DNA from: Ascidiella aspersa
Taxonomy: Eukaryota
Reading direction: 5' to 3'
DNA: 64,000 nt
NCBI GenBank assembly: GCA_963924565.1
Contig: OZ004607.1
Location: 23,994,001 to 24,058,000, forward strand
Of this stretch, positions 50,335 to 61,219 are shown in pieces (position 1 is the stretch's first letter; each line of letters starts with the position of its first letter). A program made the position numbers and the translations under genes. The notes beneath the pieces are model-generated. The model saw only the letters and a list, made by a program, of their open reading frames with translations. It was not told where the DNA came from and did no database searches.

Positions 50335-50734
50335 GTGATGCGTCGTTTGTTCAAAATACTTACATTGAACGAATTGTGCAAACTAAAAAAAAGCAAAATT
50401 ATAAAGGTGATGTTGCTCAATGTAAAACACTAATAAAATGAATTCCCGAACAATTAACGGCCCCTTTCTCTCTTTTATGTTTTCACAGATTCACGATTTT
50501 CACCATGTATGACGGAAGGACTTGAACGAGACAAATAGACAACAACAAAACACCTGTCGTTCGTCAGCTTATCGACAGAAGAATAACATCTTGTTATTGA
50601 ACGTATTATTGCTAAAAGCTACAACTCGTGTGACTCATTGCCTTGTTCATGTTCATTTCGCTCTAATCGTCCTAAACACAAATCTCAATTGGTTGGATAG
50701 ATATATGTAGATTGCATGAATTTATCGACTGAGA

Positions 50735-51762
50735 TAGGCCTACCATATGTCTTCTTTTAGGAGGATTTGTCCTCTTTTCTCAATAAAACTAAATGATCCT
50801 CCGAGGACGCACAAAAATGTCCAAATGTCCTCTTTTTTCGCATTTCGAGTTAGTTGCTCATACTTTTTTTTACGCTAGTTTTAAGTTAATATTTAATTTT
50901 TTCAATGATTCCAATGGTTTCGCTGTGTTGCATACCACTCCTACAGCGCTGTACAAATTCTGTTTTTGCCAACTTTAACATTAAAACGACAAAAGATTTT
51001 CGCGCTCCGCGCGAATCTTTTCTACTTGTATGTTAACTTTTTTTAGCACAAAGTCTCTTTGAGTGCAGTTGTATGTTTTCATATCATTGAAGGTATAACC
51101 GCCCTATTTAAAATTTGCTAACTTATAGATAAACGATAAAATTCATTCACCGCTCGAACTATTTTTTATTCATGTTTTATTTAATTGGATAACAGGCTCA
51201 ACAGGGGACTCAAACTTTTTCGCGCGAATCAATGCTTTTGCAATACTGCTGTGCTGCTGTTGTTGTGTGTTACCACATCTTTTGAAACACGATAACGCAA
51301 AGTTAAATTTTTGCGCTTACATTTTTATTTACGACTCTGGAGTGAATGCCCTCACGACACGTTGCCAAAACCATCTCGTGCACGAGCAATTTATTGTGTG
51401 TCCAATGCTAAAATCCTTCTGAATTTACAGTGTAGCGCCAATTAAACCCAATTTTTTTCGCGTTTTTGCGACCGACGACAAACGTCACTATTTTCAAGTT
51501 GTCTCAGTGATATTTAATTAAAAATGCCGAAGTGCTTTTTGTAGAGAGTGGGGGCGCAAGGCATGGGAAAATTACGAAAGGGGACACGGCTAAAAAAGAT
51601 TAGGAACCACTTGTCTATGGCATCAGGTGGTTCTCAGCAGACACTTTCTTAATGCAATACTTAGATATGGCACGTTTTTCTCAAACGTAACAATTCCACT
51701 TTCGTTTTACTTGCAGGCAAGAAAATGTCCTCTTTTAAGGTGCCGAAATTATGGTAGCCCTA
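50735..51762. mobile_element. hAT-type MITE (TGTCCTCTTTT subterminal repeats)
   Basis: TAGGCCTACCATA...TATGGTAGCCCTA termini. TSD GACTGAGA/GACTAAGA (7/8). Confidence 0.8.
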
Positions 51763-51766
51763 GACT

Positions 51767-51961
51767 AAGAGCTATTATGTGTTTACAGTAACTTTTATGA
51801 TGTATTTCATTATGTCAGAGATAATGGTCTATGCGAAGCAACGCTGCTCGCACCAAAGTGTTAAATGCTAAATGGCATGTTTCTGCAGTCAGCAGTTGGA
51901 TTGTCTGTTGCTATTTAAGACCGCCGCTATCCGTTTGTAAACTAACTTCTTCTTTGTTCAC
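51767..51961. repeat. ~195-bp direct repeat, copy 2
   Basis: Near-identical to 49229-49422. Confidence 0.9.
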
Positions 51962-54650
51962 GACTTGCTTTTCGCAACTTTGATATTTGCAAGTAGCATC
52001 TCCTATATGCTAACTTGTCCGCCTACTATAGTTTCAACTGGGTGTTCGCTTATCAGATAATACAATTATTAATCACTAGAAGCATTGTGGTTGGCTATAA
52101 CGAGTTATACGCACGCAACCTTCAAGTCAACTTCAAATTGAGTCAGGAGTTCAACTTTAAACTCGTGCCCCACAGTTTCGCACTGAATTAGCTTTTCTGA
52201 GAACTTCGAAATTTGCTGTTTAAATATGAAATGTATAGTGTAAATAGAGCGTTTGAAAAATGTTTTGTGAAGTTCTATATAAAGCGTAAAAGCGAGTTTT
52301 TTGGGAATTAGCTATTTATCATGCTGACCGCATACCAGAAAATAAAGAATAGGAAAATTATTTTTTAACACGGACTACCTTCATAAGGCATTTTGCTTCA
52401 AATACAATATAAGCATATACACAGCCGATCATGGACTGCCCCAGGCGTTACGAAGGTGTGATGAAAACCGAATAATTTTTATCGGGACAATAAAAAATAT
52501 TCAAATGTTGCGTCAACACCGGGCGTGGCTTAAAAAAGCCGAGTTTAACCTTCGATGTCGAGCATAAATACGCAAATCTTAGTTCTAAGACATTAAGGCT
52601 ATAAGTATTAGATATCGATTGATATCATTTTTTGGGCCGATACCGATGCCCGATTTTTTGTAATTTTGTCGACCGATACCCGATACCAGACCGACCGCTT
52701 AAACCCAAATGTTTTTGATCAAAAAATGGGAAGTTGTTTGTTGTACAGGAAAAATCATATCATATTTTTATACTGAAATATCGGCCAAAGTATCAGCCTA
52801 CATTTACCGATACCGATATATCGGTAGAAGCCAAATAGGCCTATCGGTAAACCGATATATATATGATAATATATCGGTCTGCCACCAGTTTGCCTCGAGA
52901 GATTTTCGTGTATCACTTTTTTGTATTTTTTAATTAAACATATCGACTGGATAACTTAACATATTATGGCATATTGGTCGAAAGAACAAAAATTATAGTT
53001 TGATTAAACAGAAACAGCACAGACAAAAAAACTAATAAAAAACGAAAATTAATTATAGTAGTAGTTGGCAAAACATATAGCTTAAGAAACTTGGCCTGTT
53101 GACCCACTCCCTGAGTGACACCTTCACAATCCAACAGTTTAACATGGGCCAAAGAAATAATGTCGTCATAGAGCATAACCCTGTCAAATTCACCGAGACT
53201 TATATAGGACACTTAATTAACACCTGCTCCGCAATTATATTTTTGTGCCTCCGCAAGGTATAAATATAGCCATAGAAATGAAATTTCTCTCGGACCCCAG
53301 TTTGACAACAAAATTTCTCTCGGACCCCAGTTTGACGTAAAACATTTGAATTCACACAAAAAAAAATCACACACTAAAATTTCTTTCAAAGACTATTAAC
53401 GGAATATCAAACGAACGATTTTTCATTGTGACAACTATAGGCTAGTCTTTATGAAACAACATTTATTTTCAAACTAGATTTGTACTTTTACTTATTTTAG
53501 ATTTTTGCTGGCCCCTTGGCGAGAAGTTGCAAGATGTAATTTTGCAGTAAACTTGACAGAACTCAGCTGTTTAAATAAACCAAAGTGAAGAAAATACACA
53601 AAAGAGCTTAAAAATATGTTTTCGAGTTTAGTCGCCCCACTTTGAAACAAAAACACTTCTCAAAAAGTTTGCTTACCACTGCTAAAAAGCCTATACCTAC
53701 ACTTACTCATGACGCCGTTACTATTTTTGTTACATGATCTAATTCTAAAATATTTTTTTTATACAGCTTATGAGTGTTTTGAAATAATAGGTAATAAACT
53801 GCAACATATTGGCTAAAATCATTAACAGAGCAATATTTACGAGACACAATTTGTATGTCTTTTAAGAACGAGTGATAATGTGTGGTAGGCTATTACTAGC
53901 GGACGAAAAACTTTAAAGGTGAAACTTGGAAAAATAAAACAAGTACCGTAACCTTAGGAATTTGGATGGAATCGATCGATGTAGTGCACAAATATGCTAC
54001 TGAAATCTTAATTTTAATGCCAGGAGAGGCATGATGGCATGGTAAAAAACAATTTCTTTACTAGTACGGCGTACCTGCAAAAAATATTTTACCGGAACGC
54101 CGTTTCGACAGAAATGGTTTTGGCTTATATTAACCACTGCATATAAATTTTGTTTTCATTCCGACCTGGATTTTAATCCTATGCAACTATACGTTGATGT
54201 GATAACAATTTTTCCTTAGGCTTATATTTGTCAAACTGTAAAATGGGCACAAAGGCTACTACGCTTACACTGGTGTTGCAAAAAAGTTAAATCCACTCTA
54301 AGCGACCTTTTCAACTATTATTCGCAACTAAACTATTCGCAATGTGGTTTTCGCTAAAATTACAGCATTTATTTATGATCACGCAATGCACAAGCAGTTC
54401 AGTACTGATTTAAAATATAAGCAATGAACCGAAAAAAAATGATATTACATCGTGGGCCTCTCGCGGATAGCATTGAAAGGTTGCGTCCGCGTGTCATACG
54501 TTGTGCAGCCTGGCCCATATGCTTTATAAATGTCAGGCATCAGCGTTTAAATAAAAATGGAAAACTGAATTTGTTCGGCAGATCTATTAGATTTTTGCTA
54601 TTTAAAATAATTTTTCCGTGGCGACATATTTTTCTTTCGAGAAAAATTTG

Positions 54651-57600
54651 TTATCGTAAAAAGGCGTTTGGTAGCAGACCCCTGAACGAGGAACAGAAAC
54701 CGGATATTATGTTCGCGATTACATTCGAATAAAGCAACGGGTTGAGAGCGCTATTCACGGGCAGCAACAGTCCAGCACTCGCCACATATGCCTCCGGTGG
54801 CAAGTCCACACTAGCCAAACTTATGTATCCCATGAGGCTAATAGGAATCCAACAAGCAAAGTCGGTCATAATAAGCCGCGAGATACGCTTCTGCATCTCA
54901 CTGCTTGGGTCCTTGTTTCTCGCCATATTCATCCGCGAACTGCGTTTGTAAATCAGCACGTAAGCAGTCACGATATACAGGAAGGTAACGAAGTTGACTG
55001 TGATTAGCATGGTTGAGTAATGCCAGGCCTGGCTGGAAAAAAGCCGAGGCATGCAAACGCTAGTTTCACCGTAGTAACCGATTTCTCTTTCAATAAAGTT
55101 GAAAGGAAGCTTGTCGCGCACTATGTCTTTCGCCTTGTACCACGATGACACGTTTTTGCTGATAAGTCGACCAGCCAACGCTGTAATGTTTTGTCGCGAA
55201 ACCTCGTCTTTGTCGAAAAGCTCGTTCGGGAACCAGACGGTGGATACGAAATATCCCGAGTCAAAGTGGATAAGGGGAATCACCGCCAAAGTTCCCGCAA
55301 CTAGCCAGCATAACGTTAACATGTACACAATTCGACTTGGTCGAAAATGTTGTGTGAGAAAGGGCCGATATACTGATACTAAGCGATAGGTTGCCATGGT
55401 GGTCATCGTCAAAACAGAGGCCTCAGACGAAACCACCACCATCACTCCGAGAATAGAGCACATCATACTAGAACGCCACTTTTTGTCAGCGAGACAATAA
55501 TGTCCGGAAAATTCGATTCCTTTGCTAACGGTTGCAATCAAATATACTCCCATTAAACAGTCGGACGCAGAAAGGCTAATAACCATCAGTTTAGAACACT
55601 TAGCTACAGCATTATTCTTTTTTTCAACGATTAATTGTCTCGCTGTAGAAATAAAAACAACCATGTTGCCAATAATTGCAATAATTCCCATTATCCAAAA
55701 CATGACTCGAAAAAAGGGATTCGCTATCAGCTCGTATGGGTCGGAAAATAGCGAAACGCACTCATCGCTTCCGTCCTTGCAATCCTGAACTCCATTTTCC
55801 CGAAAGTTTGCATCTATTGAAATAGGCTCCCCGTTGTCACAGTAAAACCGTTTTTTGCACAACTCTCGACTTTCATCCAACCCATTTTCACAATCCTTAA
55901 TCGCATCACAACGAAATTGAATGTCAATGGAAACTTTAGCTTTTTCGTCACAGTAAAATCGGGACTCGTAACAGCGAGATACGTCTTCGTCTGTTCCGTC
56001 GTCGCAGTCGATTGTTCCGTCGCAAACTCCAGATATGTCGATACTTACCAGACCTTTACTTGGACAGAAGAATCGCATCGGACAATTCCTCTCGTCACAT
56101 AGGGTACAGTTAGTTTTGTGATAAGTGCTGAGTGAATAGTAGTATGAATCAGCTTCCGGGATGCCGTCACAAACGGCTTTATTGTCCGGAAGGGGAAAAA
56201 CTCTTGGTGCAACGGTGTTGAAGCCCGATATACAAGGGTCATCGCAGAACGATGGAGGGTTTGGGCAGTTGCATTCGTCCTCATATAGCAAGCAAGTAGG
56301 GCGCCCGTCGCATTTTAGGGCCTTTGTTCCACTTCGGCAATAAACTGCGTCGTGAAGTTGCCGCTGGTTTTTTTTTTGATAACAGAATCGTAAGTTGGAT
56401 TCGTTCGCACAAGCAATTGACTCATTGCATATTACCGATTTTACCTTAACGCAGTCATGAGCGTGAAGACATGGCATGTACTCAGTCGGACAAGCGCGGT
56501 TAAAATTGCCCAGTATCGCGTTACAAGTGGATTGATTGCCGCACAGGCACTCGTCGGACAAATCATGGCAATCAACGATGCCGTCGCAAACTTGCCCAGT
56601 TGAAATTATATTTATTCCGTCCAAGCATTGGAAACATTTAAAAGACCCATTCACAAAACATAAATCGGACTTGTCGGCGCACTGGGCTACGTCATCGAAA
56701 AGGTTAATCTGTGGTAGAAGGCATTGGCCAGCCCGGGCCAACCCAGCACATCTGAAGCCCAGCCCTTGCACCTGCTCGTCACTTTCGTCTGGGCAGGTTC
56801 GAAACAACTCCGAACTGCCGTCGCAAAAGTAGCGATTGCTAATGAACGTTTTGCCATCTTCGCATGAAAACAACTCGTTGCAGTGCTTAGTCGAGACATC
56901 GCAGGAGGGCGCCGCGCACAACCTGCCGTTCACGTGACAGGAGGTTAAATTTTGTGAACAAGTTTGTGTAGTAGCGCAGTGTGTGCTCGTTTTTTTAAAA
57001 TACATATGATCAATGTCTGGGTCGCATCGACTCACAGCCACTGAGCACTTGTCGCACCAGATCCATGACGTCACACAAGGTTCGTCGCTGGCGTCATCGC
57101 AGTCCGAATATCCGTCAGACACCCACTGAGACAAGATGCAACGTTGAAGCGGAACAGTCGCGTTCTTACCCTCTTGGTGGTTAAATATAAGCCCACATCG
57201 TGCATGGTTTCCAACACACAACTCACAGTTGGCCTCATCAAACCCGTCTTTACAATCAGCTTTGCCGTCACAAAAAGCCCTACGTGAAATAATTGTTCGG
57301 TCGGGGCATTTCTCAGTAAATTTATTTGCACTGCAATTAAACTCATCACTCCAATCCCAGCACGAATTCTTTCCGTCGCAAAGGCCAAGTGGTTGACCGA
57401 ATACATTAGGTTGTAAGCAGGCGCGTCCCCTGCAATTCCCGTGTTTATTGCAAGCGCATTCAAATTCGTTTTCCCCGCACTTACACTTAAGCTCGTCACT
57501 CCAATCACCGCAATCGTTTAAGCCGTTACATAATAGGTCTTTAGTTATGCAACCGCTGGGTGGGTAACACGTGTTTGTACTGCGACACTTGCAACGAAAA

Positions 57601-59184
57601 TTTTCGGTTGGGCATTCGCAGTCGATATTTTCGTCTGAACGATCACTGCAATCTACGATCCCGTCACAGACTTGTCTGGTGGAGATTATGTTCTTATCCT
57701 GTAAGGGCTTTTGCCGAGAAAAATGGCAAGTTTTCGATTGATAGCAGTGGCACATAAAAATTTCTTCTTGCTTAAACTGACATCCATTCTCATCGCTCCA
57801 GTCGCCACAGTCGTTTCTACCATCACACCTCTTCGAAATATCAATACAAGCCGACTCTGCAATGCAGGTGTGGCCATCATGGCAATCGCAACGGAATCTT
57901 TCTGCGAGACATTCACAGCCTTTTTCATCTGAACGATCAGAACAGTCGTAACGAAAGTTGCACTTCAAAGTTTCATGATAGCAACCGATTTCAGATAAAC
58001 AGGAATAATTGTGGTGGCAATCACAAGAAGAGAAACGACTGGGGCAGGTGCAATTTATCTCGTCGCTCCAATCGCCACAGTCGTTCCTTCCATTACACAC
58101 AAGTAAAGACTCAATGCAAGGGTTAAATACGAAGCAGGATTGCGACGCATAACAGGCACATTGAAATTTACTGCTCGGGCATATACACCCCTTTTCGTCA
58201 GACCAATCACCACAATCGTTCATACCATTACAAACCATGTTTTGCCCCACGCACCCATAGGTACTTTGAGCGAAAAGCTGAAATTGGTCATTTTTATGCC
58301 AATCACATTGAAAAACGTGCGCTGGGTAGGTGTAGTTTCTGTTCGGTGGATCGTCCGAACACACATCGTTTCCATTGCACAGGCCAATCGCATTAACGCA
58401 ACCTTTTCCGTATGTGCAATTTCTGTTTTTGTAGCATTCACACTCTATATGCCCATAGGGACAAGAAATACAGCCTTTCTCGTCGCTCCAATCGCCACAG
58501 TCGTTGTAGCCGTCGCACACACGTCCGGTAAGAATGCAGCCTGTATTACTGCAAGGGAGCGTTCCGTAACATTGGCATTGGAACAAGTTAGCGTTGCACG
58601 AGCAGTTTTTTTCGTCCTCCCATTCACCACAATCGTTGTAACCGTCGCACTTTCGATCTACCGGGACGCAAGGGGGTGAGTATGTTTGACAGCTCTTCGT
58701 CTTGTGGCAGTTGCACGTCACGTTAGGTTCCAAACAAGTGCAGTTGGAATCTTGTGGATTTAACATTATGTTGCACAACGGGGGTGTTGGACCTAATAAT
58801 AAAAAAATAAAAATACTTCAAATTAACTACAACCTAATCGATAGAAAACGTTAAACTAAAAAAAATAGGCTATAGCCTAAGTAGTTAAACATCGTACTAT
58901 TCTGTTTTCATAACTAGAAAAAATAAATTTTCTTAAATACTTTTTTTTTCACTTATTGCATATATATATAATATATATCAACAAAAAACTGAAACCCATT
59001 TTATTGCTTGTGTAACTTTTCACCTATCAGTCTGCAATTCTACAGTTAGACCAATGTATAGGTTACAAAAGTAAACGTTAGCAAACGACTTACTTTTATA
59101 TGAAGAAGTGTTGTCACTTGAACAAAGACAAAAGCTGAACATTAAAAACACCAAAAACCTAAATATGTACCACCCGGGTGCCAT
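54651..59184 (-). CDS. Rhodopsin-class GPCR, RXFP/GRL101-like 7TM, with ~21 LDL-receptor class A modules and no LRRs (2 exons, ~1410 aa)
   Basis: Signal-peptide exon 59184-59094 (MAPGWYIFRFLVFLMFSFCLCSS...) splices in phase 1 to a single exon 58792-54651. Repeated CDGxxDCxDWSDE modules. 7TM motifs FRVMFWIMGIIAIIGN, LSASDCLMGVYL, SEASVLT, MTDFACWIPI and PVNSALNPLLY. Confidence 0.93.
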
Positions 59185-61219
59185 TTTGCATTCTAGGCCT
59201 ATTCGTAGATCCATCATCATGCAAAAATCTAAAAAACATTCACACTAAACACACCAACGAAACTAGTAGTAACAAACTCGTAGTAAATTTCAACAAGTTA
59301 ATAACAGATGGGACGCAATATAAGTGATGTGATGTTTTGATTTACTTCCAAATAGCAGTTATTATGTGCAAATAGAGGATGTAAATTGTAGAAGGTATTT
59401 TTGTTTGACTTAAGCCGCCTCGTTTAGATCGTGAAGGCACTTAAGTAAACGAAGATGTTAGTAAAAATACTATTGATAGTGTAACTATTTAATTTGTTAA
59501 TTCTACTGGCGTTAGTCAAACAGACCTGTGCCCCACAAAAAATGTTAGCCTCACCAACGTTTAAAATACAGTACAGCGATAATACGGATATCACGCAGCC
59601 CACAATTTTACATCACAAAACTAAAAAAATATATAGCTCGCAGCCCACTGTAGAATGATAAAAACCTTACATATGGGCCGCGGTCCACAGTTTGCCGACC
59701 TCTGCTTACACCAAAAAACAACAATCTTATAAACTTACTTTGACGTGGGACAAAATTTTAATTGTTTCTCGGAAAAGCTGTAACAAAATGAAAAAAGGAC
59801 CAATGTTCTTGCAATTTAGTCTGAGTTTATTTTCATCATTGCACGACATATGACGTCACAATCTATCGTAAAAGTCGTTTTGTCGCATTATTTTTTTAAG
59901 GGCCGCATAATGACGCTGATGGGAGTGGGGGATAGGAAATTGTTCAGACTGGGAATGAGAAGTCTACGTAAAAAAACAAGCAACCTCAAGAAGTATAGTG
60001 TGCTCGTTGAACGTGCGCGCTAATAACGTGAGGCACGAAGCGCTGGCCCACTAAAATATTGGGACATTAAATATATTGAATGTAATCATGTGGCACTATA
60101 TAAAGACAATTTGTATTAATTCTCAAAAAGCTTTCACACAACCGTGCTTCATCAGGTTATAGTAGCAAAAACGAATACGGCCTTTGACAAATACGGCCAT
60201 TTATTATTTATAATGATAAATCGTCATACGTATAGGCCAGCACTTGTTAACCAGTGCCCCATGGAAGGTTGATGGGTACGCCGCACGTAAACATACAAAA
60301 CAATTAGCTCATTGAACATATAGAGTAGATGAATTACGCAATTATTGGACCTACGTAACGAAAAACTTAACTTCGAGTGAAATAACCTGCATGTTACCCA
60401 AATATTTCGCGCCGCCACGTTTTCAGACACACAAACCACAAAAGTTTGCGTCAAGCGCATCATTATTGTGCTTTTAATTTGTTACAATTAAAATTGGAGA
60501 AGACCATTTACTTACGATGTCATGACAACATATTAAAGTATTTCACATTCGCGCGAAGCGCAAAATGCCGGATTTGAAGTGGCACCAGATGAAAAAGCGA
60601 CTAACATTGTATAATAACACGTTTGTGCGAAACTTGGCAAGTATTATATTCTTACCGAAACTAGGAATCCCATGATACGTTGCTGTTGATTTTAAATGAC
60701 AAAAAGGTCAAAAATACGTAATTACATAGAGTGCCTATCATTATATTAATAAACATGCAAGTTTTTTAGTTAATTATAAGCAAAATCAAAAATTAGATAA
60801 ACGGTAGTTTTGGAAGACTAAGATTAGATGGTAACTAGGATATCGAAACCTAAATAAACGTTTCTTATAAACAATAGGAGTAACAGAACACTATTTAATA
60901 CGCTATAGTTTTGATAATAATTACCTTCATTGTCTTATTATGTTTAAAATATCGTTCTTACCAATGCAGAACACATAACAGAATTTAAATTCTACTTAAT
61001 GAAATCGGTAAATAAATTAATAAAGAACAATAATTTAATTAAAAAGTGCAAAGGGTGAGTTTATATTCTTGTTTATATATTTTATCCAGTAATTTCATAA
61101 TTGCAAATTATTATTAAATGTATTTGCATAGGTATATATTTAAGCGACTTTCAAGTAAATTGAAATAAAACAAGTAAAATCTAAAGAGATTTTGCACCGG
61201 CATCCAAGTTTCACCACGT

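Noticed and set aside
52610-52885. Regularly spaced CCGATA repeats (also short tandem duplications at 48957-48992, 49515-49572 and 53281-53336) as a CRISPR-like array
   Set aside because: Eukaryotic context, no constant repeat-spacer period and no cas genes. These are MITE subterminal repeats and slippage duplications.
54424-58679. Many overlapping plus-strand and alternate-frame ORFs (e.g. 58140-58679, 57071-57508)
   Set aside because: Shadow ORFs of the GC-richer GPCR exon with no recognisable domains.
59221-61219. VWA8-GPCR operon
   Set aside because: Co-oriented, but separated by ~2 kb that includes AATAAA signals on the minus strand after the VWA8 stop and transposon fragments. No tight junction like SMYD4-NDUFAF1.
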